NCBI GenBank assembly: GCA_015680685.1 | Contig: MNCI01002682.1 | Location: 716,355-780,354, forward strand | Reading direction: 5' to 3' | DNA from: Gnetum montanum | Lineage: Eukaryota > Plantae > Gnetophyta | DNA length: 64,000 nt | Shown: one piece after another, positions 54,119 to 64,000 of the stretch | How the letters are laid out: every line of letters starts with the position of its first letter | Numbering within the stretch: the stretch's first letter is position 1 | Made by a program: the position numbers and the translations under genes | Notes under the pieces: generated by a model | What the model was told of the DNA's origin: nothing | Database searches by the model: none | Seen by the model: the letters and a program-made list of their open reading frames with translations, nothing else

Positions 54119-55511
54119 TGAAACACCACAAAATTCTGAGCTTAGTACTTCTCCAACAAGAATCGAACTAAAATTGTGATGCTCCCCACCATGACTAAAG
54201 CTTGACGGAGACAAACTGTGCAAGAAATGATTCCCTGAGACCAAAAGAAGACTACGGCGACATCCGGAATCAAACCTACCAAATTTTGAGCTCAACATAC
54301 TTGGTTTTCACTGAGTATGCAGCGTGCACGACCAGCGTATACGCTCAGCGTGTATGCCCAGCGTGTGATTTCAAAGACTATCCGAAACAAGCACTCCAGA
54401 GCAAGATTTTCACAAGGCATCAACTCTCAAAGACAGGGCAATTGTTAGACATCATCATGGGCTCAAGAAAATTGGGTTTCGACCTCAAAATCATGCACTT
54501 TGGGGTTCACACGCCAAGCATGTACATCCTGCACACCCAACGTGTATGCCCAGCATGTATACCCGACGTGCATCATTCAGCGTGCAGCACAACATATATC
54601 AGTGGAACTTTTCCTGAACCATGTCAGATCAAGTCGAACTAAGCTGAACATCCGCAGGCAGCATTCTCGTGGCATCTGACCCTAAATTCGAGGGGCGAAT
54701 TGGGTACTTCCTTTTGTAATAGTAGTTTGTAAAAATGAATCCTTTTGTTTAGTCAAGTTTGTACGCTGAGTTCACACGCCCAACATGTACACGCTGGCGT
54801 GCAGCAACACATGTTGACATGCAGCACGTTGCATAGTTGTAATATTCTTTGCACTCAGGCAACGCAGTTTGTCACCCAATCCGAAATTCCAGCATCCCAC
54901 AGCCAATCATCCCATCTCAGATCCAAATTTAACACCCAAACTTGTACAAAAACCTAGATTTTTGACGAGGTCAGGGTTCAAAAATTAAGAGAATCTTGGA
55001 AAAAATTTGGGCAACCCACACTAAGAACATTCAAAACACCCATCTTGTATGCTGGACTTGGACCCTACATGCTGAGCATACAGCCTCCACGTTGTGCCTG
55101 CAGTCTGAACCAGCACACTGTCACACCGCATCCACCGGGGCTCTTCGTCCACCTTGTGTCAGATTCACAACTACGTCTAGACCGCTGCATTGTAATTTTC
55201 ATTATGCAATAATATTGCTGCATTTTCAGCCAAGATTTGTTATAGTTTTCGTTTGTGTTTCTTTATCTCTTGTTTGCATTCTTGCGTGCTGGTTTACATT
55301 TTTCATACCATTTACGTATAACCTGACATATCGTATATTAGCATATGTTTGGGGAAATCCTTGTCTGACGTGCGGACCACCCAAGGTACTCTACCTTCAT
55401 CAATTCCAGCTCACCCTCAAGCGAAGGTAGGGTCTTCTGTGCTTGTCTGTAGATCTCTTGGCATATATTTCATTCCAGCTACACACTGACGATTTCAGAA
55501 AGTACAGAAAA

Positions 55512-55530
55512 TGGCGCTAGAAGGAGGGCT
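55512..55530 (+). promoter_or_regulatory. Primer binding site (tRNA-Asn) of element H
   Basis: TGGCGCTAGAAGGAGGGCT, complementary to the plant tRNA-Asn(GTT) 3' end as I recall it (...AGCCCTCCTTCTAGCG-CCA). Confidence 0.8.
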
Positions 55531-55699
55531 TGAAATTTTTTAAATCTACTCTAATCTCATATGCCCACACCCTGTGCTTTTGATCCACCGCCCCGTTTTC
55601 TTACATTTACATCGCGTCAACATCAAATCTAATTTTGAACCTCCCAAATCTGGGCCTTGTTCTGCAGCATTCTCAACATCTACACGCTGCCCATTTTTT

Positions 55700-55845
55700 G
55701 CATGTTGTAGAGTCCGTCTACACACCACCTGCCAACCTGCACACTGTAGACTCTGTCTACACACTGCTTGCCAACCTGCATGCTATAGACTCTGTCTACA
55801 TGTTGCCGAGCTCCTGCATGTTGTGGACCCTGTCTACATGCTACA
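55700..55845 (+). repeat. Tandem repeat of about 39 bp (3-4 units) in the H 5' leader, each with a GTAGAC-nnn-GTCTAC hairpin
   Basis: gtagactctgtctacacactgcttgccaacctgca-like units. Confidence 0.85.
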
Positions 55846-56339
55846 CGCTGTCCTGCGCGCTCATCACTCTACTTATACGTTGACAGTTGCAGCCTACACG
55901 CCGTGACCTCAATTTACACGCTGTGACTAGTTTTTGTATGTTGGTCGCCGAAGTCTGTCTGCTGAGACCTAGTCCATACGCTGTGCAAATAGGCCGCACG
56001 CTGCCAACTTAGGTGTACGCCGATAAGCACCTCCATTTCATACTTGGCCAAATCCTCACCTGTACGCCTTGACATTGTATCCCCTCTACCAGTTACATTT
56101 GCAACCCTTTCACCATGAATACCGCCAACACCAACATTTCAACCAAGTCCATTCCGGATACCATTGGCCCAACGACGACGCTGATGCCCATTATGCAACC
56201 CATAGGGGTCCACGGTGAGGTTAATCCCTGAGGAGGACCCCGCTGATCTCTCAGACTGCAAGGGAAGAATCCATCATTTAACGTTATCACACAGGAGCAA
56301 TACAATTTTATATGCATAAAAATCCAAGCCGGCCTGGTA

Positions 56340-59300
56340 GTGGATCGAACTGAAATGGAGGCTAAGCGAAAATATGAACTGTTTCATAGGGGAGGACATG
56401 AGTTCATCCCTTCCCCGTATGACATCATCCCTCTCCCCGAGCACTACTCTGAACTTATCTCACAGCTCCTCCTAGCCAGGAGTCAGACCCTAGACCAGCC
56501 CATACTAAATCCCCAATCAGAAGAGGAGGATGACTTTGCTGCTCAGTCCAAACACGAGGAGTCATACCATACACTTAGTCTGCACACTTACGCGAACCCG
56601 CTATTCCATCCTCTCATGGGGGAGATCATGTCCCTCCATTCATTCAAAACCACTCAAGCACATGTACCTCAACAAGAAGCATCCATGCTTATTCCCACTC
56701 CCCAAGTCACTGATACCCAACTCAATATACCTCTCACCACTATTCCTCCCATTACCACATTGCCCCCTCTCTTGCAAATACAACCCCAAAAACAACCCCC
56801 GCAAACCAATGTAGGAGCAACTTTCCCACCTCAAGTGATCGGGAAGCCATATGTGATACCTGCTTCTACATCTGTGCACTATATACCACAGATCCAAACC
56901 CAAATAACACCCTTCATCACTTCAACTCAACAAGTTCAGGGTGCTCCCTCACAAATCATGACTGGACAGTGGGCTGGGACTGGTACACAAGCACATCAAC
57001 CCCCTAACTACAATGTACCACCTCCTACAATTCCCCTCATAAACATCCCTCAAGTACAGCAACAACAATAACAACAATCCTTCCCTTACAGTATGCTACC
57101 CTTAGCAGCACCTACCATGAATATTCCACAAGCGCAACCCCCAACCACTCAACTTTCCTCTTTCCCGCCCACCATACAACAATCTAACTTGTATACTACA
57201 CAACATAATCAATCTACCATCTCACCTAGTGCCCAAGACTGGGTTGACACCAAAAAACTGATGCAAGAGCTAACTAACAAGGTTAAGCGCCTCAAAACAG
57301 CTATCGACGAAGAGCTTAAGATAGTGGATTTCTATCAAGATGACCCTATTAGCTCTTCGGTTCCACCTCTAATGTTACCTAAGGGTGTTTCCTTACCCAC
57401 GTTAACCAAATACAATGGGGAGACAGACCCCAACGCCCATCTTATAACGTTTAGATTAGAATGCGTGTTACTTCAGGTGTGGCCGCATGCCATCTTGCGA
57501 GTGTTCCCCATGTCCCTCACAGGAAGAGCACTTGACTGGTATCGGGCTTTGCCCTGAAACTCAATATCTTCTTTAGAAGATTTATTACACTAGTTTGTTA
57601 CCAGGTTCAAGTATAACTTGAAGCCTGAAGCAACACTTGGTGGCCTCATACAGGTCAAGCAAGCACCGCTTGAACCTGTTCAAAAATTTATCCAACGGTG
57701 GAGTGCCGCCCTCAATGAGCTCCATGAGCCAATCCCGGAGACTTATCTCCTCACTATTCTAAAGGGGGCCGTCAATGATTTCATGAAGTCCAAATTATAT
57801 TATCTTAATGCATGCACTCTTAGCCAAGCATTTGTACAAATAAAGAACATAGAAGAGGCAGCCCAAAATAGCCATGACCCTGCCTATTCAGCCTTTAAAA
57901 ACCAACATAATAAGAAAGAAAAAGAAAAGGCTAAGGCAACTATAGCGGTAGTAGCAGAAACACAACGAACGAGTACAGGACAACAAGGCAAACCGCCTAC
58001 TGCCCCTACCAACTATGCTAGACCTACTCCCGCTACTGCACCCGAATTGTCCACATCACAAAATCCTACGCCAGGTCATGCGAGAAACTTCGAGAAGAGA
58101 GACCCCTCTCAATACACACCGTTACCTATGAAACCCTCACAATTATTTGACCAACTCTTGAACACCGGGCTAATGAGACATAAGAAATTGTTCCCCGCAG
58201 CAATCCAAAGACATGATCGATTCTGTCAGTTGGTCGAGAACCCAAGCTTGGCAATGTCAGATGAGTCCGCAGTTCCAAGAGGCTTTAGAATAGACTGCTT
58301 TTGTGATTATCATCAACGCAAAGGACATGGCACCGACTATTGTTTCACCCTAAAACAAGATATTCAATGGATGATCGACGGAGGTGAGATCACTTTTGAT
58401 CAAGCCAACCCGGTCAAACCACAAAACCAGGCCATGGGATATATAAGGATCCATTAAATACTAAGGAAGCACCATATGTAATTAACACTATCTACTTAGA
58501 CAGTGAACAAGAAGCACCTAGGATTAACACCATTTACTCAGATAATGAACAACAAATACCTAAGAGACCATTTGTAGTTTGTATTCCTCCTACTACACAA
58601 ACGACCACACCTCAATCATCATACTCTCCATGTAACCCGCCTACCTCGGAAAGATCCTATGCCATCCAGATACCCCCCGCGGTGGCAGCCTCTACCATAC
58701 CATCAAAATCGTACGTGGTGCATGTATCTCCCGCCGCTACCACCGCAAATACGCAACCTCCGACCCGGCCCGCTCCCTATGTAGTCCGGGTGCCACCTGC
58801 GGTCGCAACTATGGAGGTACAACCCCCAGCTAGACTAGCCCCATATGTTGTTAGGATACCTGAACATCCTAATAACCACCAACCTTCCACCCCGCACACA
58901 CAAAATAAACCGAACCTATATGTTGTTAGGGTGCCCAGGCAGTGTGACACTCAACCACCTTCGACCGTCGAATCGCAATACCGTCCTACTCCATACGTCA
59001 TACAGGTTCCAAAGCAACTAGATGTTTAGAAACCAAATGTTTCCCTGCGCCACACACGGGAACGCCTGGCAGACAGGCTCACATGGGAACGATTGGAGAA
59101 AGAACATCAACAGCTTGCCTTAGGACCCCCCAAGCCCACCCCATTAAGTGCAATACCCATGGCGTCACCTACCAACCAACCGAGTACGAGCTATAAGGGA
59201 GAATCATCAGGAATGCATGATGCATCCAAATCAACAGTTACGGAAGAAAACGTTAAACTAGCCACACATGAAATAAAACTGTTGGGCCCGATGGACCAAG

Positions 59301-60430
59301 TAACCATTAACAAGCATACACCTAACAATAGAGACTTGGTAACAGCCCTAACACAGGTCACGCAAGCACTGAAATAGAAAAATACTTCACTAAGCCTATA
59401 TGACCTAATATTAAGCTCTCAAACTCATCGCGAAGCCCTAGTACACATGTTAACATCAATCCTAGTAAGCGAAAACTTACTCGCAGATGAGCCTTCCATA
59501 CATGCGGTAATGTCTAAACGACAAGGATCCAAACCCAAATCGTTAGGCTTTCACCCTGAGAACATTAAGATCGACGAGGAAATCGGAAACGTCACCCACG
59601 AACCCATGTTTATAACCATACGAGTTAATCAGTTCAAGATACATCGAGTACATGTAGATGATGGAGCAGCCACAAATGTGGTGCCTTACCCTATCATTGA
59701 ATAGTTAGGGCTTACAGACTTAATTAAACCAACGTCTACCACATGTTTAAAATCGTTTAGTAGATCACGCGTAGTAGTAAAAGGCACCATAACTCTGGAC
59801 TTTATAGCAGGGGATCGATTCCCCACATCTGCTAACTTCGTTGTCATCGACGAAATGCCAGGGTTCAACTTAATATTAGGAAGACCCTAGTTGGCCCAAC
59901 TCAAAGTAGTCTCTTCCCCTATACACCAAGAGATTCACCTGCCTTATGAAGGTGGTGAAATCATTATACACGGGGAGACTGCTACACCTACCATCTTGTC
60001 ACATACAGATACAAATCAAGGCTTGGAGGTTAAGTTTGAAGAGCCTAAACAGGATGACACAAATGAAAAACAAAGTTGCACGCAGCCAATAAACAATGAT
60101 CCATTAGACGTAAATGAAACTCTACCCAACATAGAAACACCCGGACTTGAAACTATACATACACCGCCTAACCGAGAAACTACACCAAACATCAAAACTA
60201 CTGTATGTACAGAAACACTAGAAAACCCCAACATAGAGCCTATTCCATCAGACGTCCCTTGGGCTGAGTTACCTTTCAACGTAATCAGCGAAGGAGACGC
60301 TGAGTACAGAATCACTCCTATTAGCATCACTCCTAACGTTAAATTAAGAAAAATAAAAAAATTGCTAAACTACCAACTACATTCTTCATCCGAAATGACG
60401 TTAAACTACCACATGTCCGCAATGACATAA
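56340..60430 (+). pseudogene. Element H gag-protease polyprotein (stop-interrupted)
   Basis: Consecutive ORFs 56340-57071, 57093-57557, 57618-58457, 58682-59029, 59093-59377, 59447-59704 and 59891-60430, carrying gag, CHHC zinc knuckle and aspartic protease motifs. Confidence 0.9.
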
Positions 60431-61167
60431 AACTAGCCACAGCCAGAAATGGCCAGTTTACCAAGGACCCCACCAGTATCATTTGAAACTTCTCTTGTTT
60501 ACATATGGTCCAAAATGGCCTTAAACTAGTGCATGGGGCCCGAAATGGCCCTGAACTAGAACATCGAGACTACAGTTTGTCATGACTTTAAATTAACACA
60601 CATGGCCCGAAATGGCTTTAAACTAGAGCATTTTCTTATATTTCTTTTCTCTCAATTCAAGTTTACAGTTTGAATGTATGCTTACCCTGTTGCATTGTTA
60701 CGTTATCAGCCATAGTTTTCCTTCATATCCTCCTTTTTTACCTGATTATGCTCCTACTTCTGTTCCTACCTCGTGCATTATACTTAAACAACAAAATGAA
60801 CAAAAAGACTTTACATTGCTGCATTGTGTTTACATTCATGTCCAAAAGGTTTCACTTTAAATTTATGCTTATCAGTGTTCAAACAAACGTAAAATTCAAA
60901 CAAAAAAAAGGGAATAATAGAAAACTCAAAAAAAAAATAGTATAAATGTATCAACATCAAATTACAACTTAGTGCAATGTTCCCACACGATACATAGATC
61001 ACATACATAATCACTTTAACAACAAACTACGAAAAAATATATTCCTATACAAATAGACAATTACAACGGTTAACTGATTCCGTCCATTAGTTCATATACA
61101 GTCCAGGGCAAAACATTCTGTTCGCGACTCATTAAAAACATGAGCGATCATAAGACCAAATTGAAAA

Positions 61168-64000
61168 CTAAGCATCAGGATCGGGAGGGGTGTCCCCTTT
61201 AGAGTCCTCGGCACCATGGGTCCCTGCTCCATTGGGGTCACCTTCTTGACCATCGTCGTCGCCCTGACCCTATGAAAAGGTAAAAGAAAACAATTAACAC
61301 AAAAAGAAAAGAGAAGAATTCCAAAAGTCATTTAACAAACAAAATTCACAAGTTTAAACGACTTACAGAAGAAGATCCTCCTAGACCGAATTCCAACCGA
61401 CAGAGGATTTCTTCTTCAGAGACACTTGCCCAGTCAGTCCCATCAAGGCCTAGATCAATGTTGGCCAAAGCCTTCCCTTTGTCCACTGCGGACCAAGTGG
61501 GACATTTCAGAGGAAACTCCCCCACAGAAACCTCCCCAGAAGCTGTGGTGATTACCCTCTTGGGCGATTCCATCTCCATCATAGTATGCTTAGCAAACGC
61601 ATCAAATGAAGAGCGCAGGCCTAAACCCTCAACAAACATCTCCAGCTAACGCTTCTCTATAGATACCTCCTTTAACGATTTTTTATAATGATCCTTATGG
61701 GTCTTTTCATCTTGACCCCATTTTTGCACCTTAGAAGCGAAAGCCTTCCAATTCTGACATTTGAGGTTCAATAAATCTATTTGTGCCTTATGCTCTACTA
61801 GCTCCCAAGTCAATGATACTTGGCGATTCAATAAATTCCAATATCTGTTGTAAGTAATCTTGGAAGTTCGCCAAGAACGATCACCTGTTAACCTTGCCGA
61901 GGTGAACTCATAGCGCAATTTGAGATCATCCCGTTCTACTGATAGCCTGGAAATCTCTTTTTTCCTTGCCTGACTCTGCAACCATAGCCTCTTGATGGAG
62001 CGTCTACAGGTCCAAAGAGACTTCGCATTCTACACAATGCATTCTGCCACTTCATCATAGATCTGTCGGGGTACTTGCTCAATCTCTGGTGGTAGTGCAG
62101 GCAAGCTATCGATACACGTAGCCTCAGATGGATCCCACCTCAGCTTAGTCCCTATCCACATGAGACAAACATGCATTAGACATCGGACAGTGAAAACAGA
62201 TGCAAAAAGAAAATCGAAGGATTCGAAACGCTTAAGATATATGTACCTATGTTAGGATGAGCTTGCTGGATGCGATCAACTACCTCATCAATGACACCAG
62301 TTATAAAATCCATTTTACTTGGCATTTCAATCCAAGTAAAAGGTTCATGCATAGGAGATGCGTTAACATCGGTGGTCGTTTCTGTAGGAGCCTTCATCAT
62401 AGGGACTTCTAAATGAACGTTAGGAATCGAGTTGATCTCAACATTTTCGCCTTATAGTAGTAAAAACATAAAATCAAAATTTGGAATAATGGAAAGTACA
62501 ATTCAAAAGACAAATAAACAGGAGAACATACCAGAATCTCTATCCTCTTACGGATTCGGAGGATTGCCAAGATCTAGCCTCCCTCCGAAGAAACCATCAA
62601 ACATCTCATCAACTCCATCCTGATCATCGATGTTACCCTTTTCTGTGGTATCTCCCTCCCGATCTTTCATTCCCCCCATCTCGTCTCTTCCCGTTTCATC
62701 CTCCTCATTTAAGTTCGTTGAGACCTCTTCCTCCTCGATGATCGATGCTAATCTCTCTTTTCTTACTTTAGAAGTCAACTCTAATGGCATTCATAGGTTC
62801 AACATCGGTTTTGTATAAACAGCCAAAAAACAAAGTAAAAATAACGATGACGATGATAAAACAAGGACAAATCAGTGAATCAAGCTTATCCCATGTAGGC
62901 ATCTTAAACCGTATACGTTTCACCCTTAGTTCATATGCAGTTAGAGCAACCTCTCTAGGATGTTCACGCTTCTGAACTTTTGATTTTGCTTTCTCGATCG
63001 TTTCCTTGATCACCCGATTAGCTCTCCTAGTAGTATAGGGCACACTATCTGGTTCCAACCCTATGCTGTCATGCGTATGAATTGAATGACCAGATGAACC
63101 CTCCATTGTGACAGAAACCGATTCGTCAATCCCCTCAGGAGCATCTTGAGATTTGACCACCTCAAATAAGTGACGAATCCATAGGCCAGATAGTTGGTGG
63201 CGATTCCTTAACACATACTTGTTATCTGCACGAACAACTAAAAATTCAGCCAGCCAGCGCAAGTAACCGGCAAAGAATGCAAAGGTGAAATGGGATTGCG
63301 CCTCAATGTTTGAACGTAACCTCACTAGCTTCCCGTGGAAACCTGAAAGTAAAAAATCGGCCTAATTATAACATATCCCAGTCTCGAGAATAGTGTGCAT
63401 GATACACAGAGGTTCTACCCCAACAGTTTTTACTTGAGACAGAGATTTGGGAAACACCCGCGCTCTGAACAAGGGATACAACTCATTAACCTTAGCTACT
63501 TTCAATTTTCTCTACATGGGGAACCCCTTAGCGCCTTTAAGAATGCCCAACCAGTTCTCCAACGCACGCACAACATGGAGCTCTTTTTGCGCTCTATCAA
63601 AAATCACTTTAGTCCCAGCTGTCGGTACACCAAAGAAGTCTAAGAAGAACTTCGCCGGCAGATGGAAAACCACTTTGACACCCTTGACGCGAGTGCTATA
63701 GTAGGTGACAGATTTGTTGAAAGAATCAATGATTCTAATCATCTCCATCACAGAAACATCAGGGCTCAGAGTAGTAAACAAATCCATGAGGCCCACATCA
63801 CTCAAACAACTGATGATATGCAGCGGTGCCTTAGTACGTAACCATCGCTGCATGTTATTGATTTTCCTGAACTTCATGGACAAAGTGCTCTCAGTCCGCC
63901 TGGTTGTGATAGTGGCTCCACCAGGGGGGACATCCACTGTGCACACAAGATAACCCCAGGGAGTCAATATAACCAATGATGTAGCAGAACGAACAAATTG
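61168..64000 (-). pseudogene. Antisense multi-exon extra gene in element H (PMD-like N-terminal part, acidic linker, coiled-coil C-terminus)
   Basis: Exons >64000-62890, 62810-62532, 62450-62247, 62151-61367 and 61269-61168 join in frame; three canonical GT-AG introns and one decayed intron; only point-mutation stops. Confidence 0.75.

Larger units (their letters stand above)
54119..64000 (+). mobile_element. Element H: Tat/Ogre-like Ty3/gypsy (5' LTR, gag-PR, antisense gene); continues past the window
   Basis: LTR 54119-55506 (TGAAACACC...GTACA), PBS, gag with KYNGETDPNAHL and CDYHQRKGHGTDYC, protease RVHVDDGAATNV and ILGRP*L. Confidence 0.88.

Noticed and set aside
55700-55845. CRISPR-like regularly spaced hairpin repeats
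   Set aside because: The spacers are themselves repeated, the context is a eukaryotic retroelement leader, and there are no cas genes.
63343-63380. Apparent intron (acceptor tttactttcag) in the antisense gene
   Set aside because: The frame reads straight through as ETGICYN*ADFLLSGFHGK with a single TGG>TAG change, so no intron is needed.

Overview
AT-rich land-plant nuclear DNA in two parts. (1) From 1 to about 12.2 kb lies the 5' part of an intron-rich minus-strand gene for a mitochondrial-type class I DnaJ/Hsp40 co-chaperone (ATJ1-like). I reconstructed nine phase-consistent GT-AG exons between 11907 and 4469, and the gene runs off the left edge. Its introns are full of old RTE and L1 LINE, SINE, MITE and copia debris. 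(2) From 12217 to the window end is one continuous nest of LTR retrotransposons that starts about 310 bp upstream of the DnaJ ATG. An old Tekay/Del-type chromovirus (A, + strand) is the host. Its RT is split by a solo LTR (B, TSD TAGCA), which holds a truncated Athila (C), which holds a pol-less Athila (D). Its integrase is split by another Athila (E, TSD GTAAC). Its 3' LTR holds a pol-less Sirevirus-like copia (S), which holds Athila F, which holds Athila G, which holds a Tat/Ogre-like element (H, tRNA-Asn PBS). The most notable signals are a phase-consistent multi-intron antisense gene of more than 800 codons inside H, a covarying stem-loop or pseudoknot shared by three Athila LTR families, and apparently swapped palindromic U3 cassettes between Athila families. 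All family assignments come from motif recognition by eye, with no database search.
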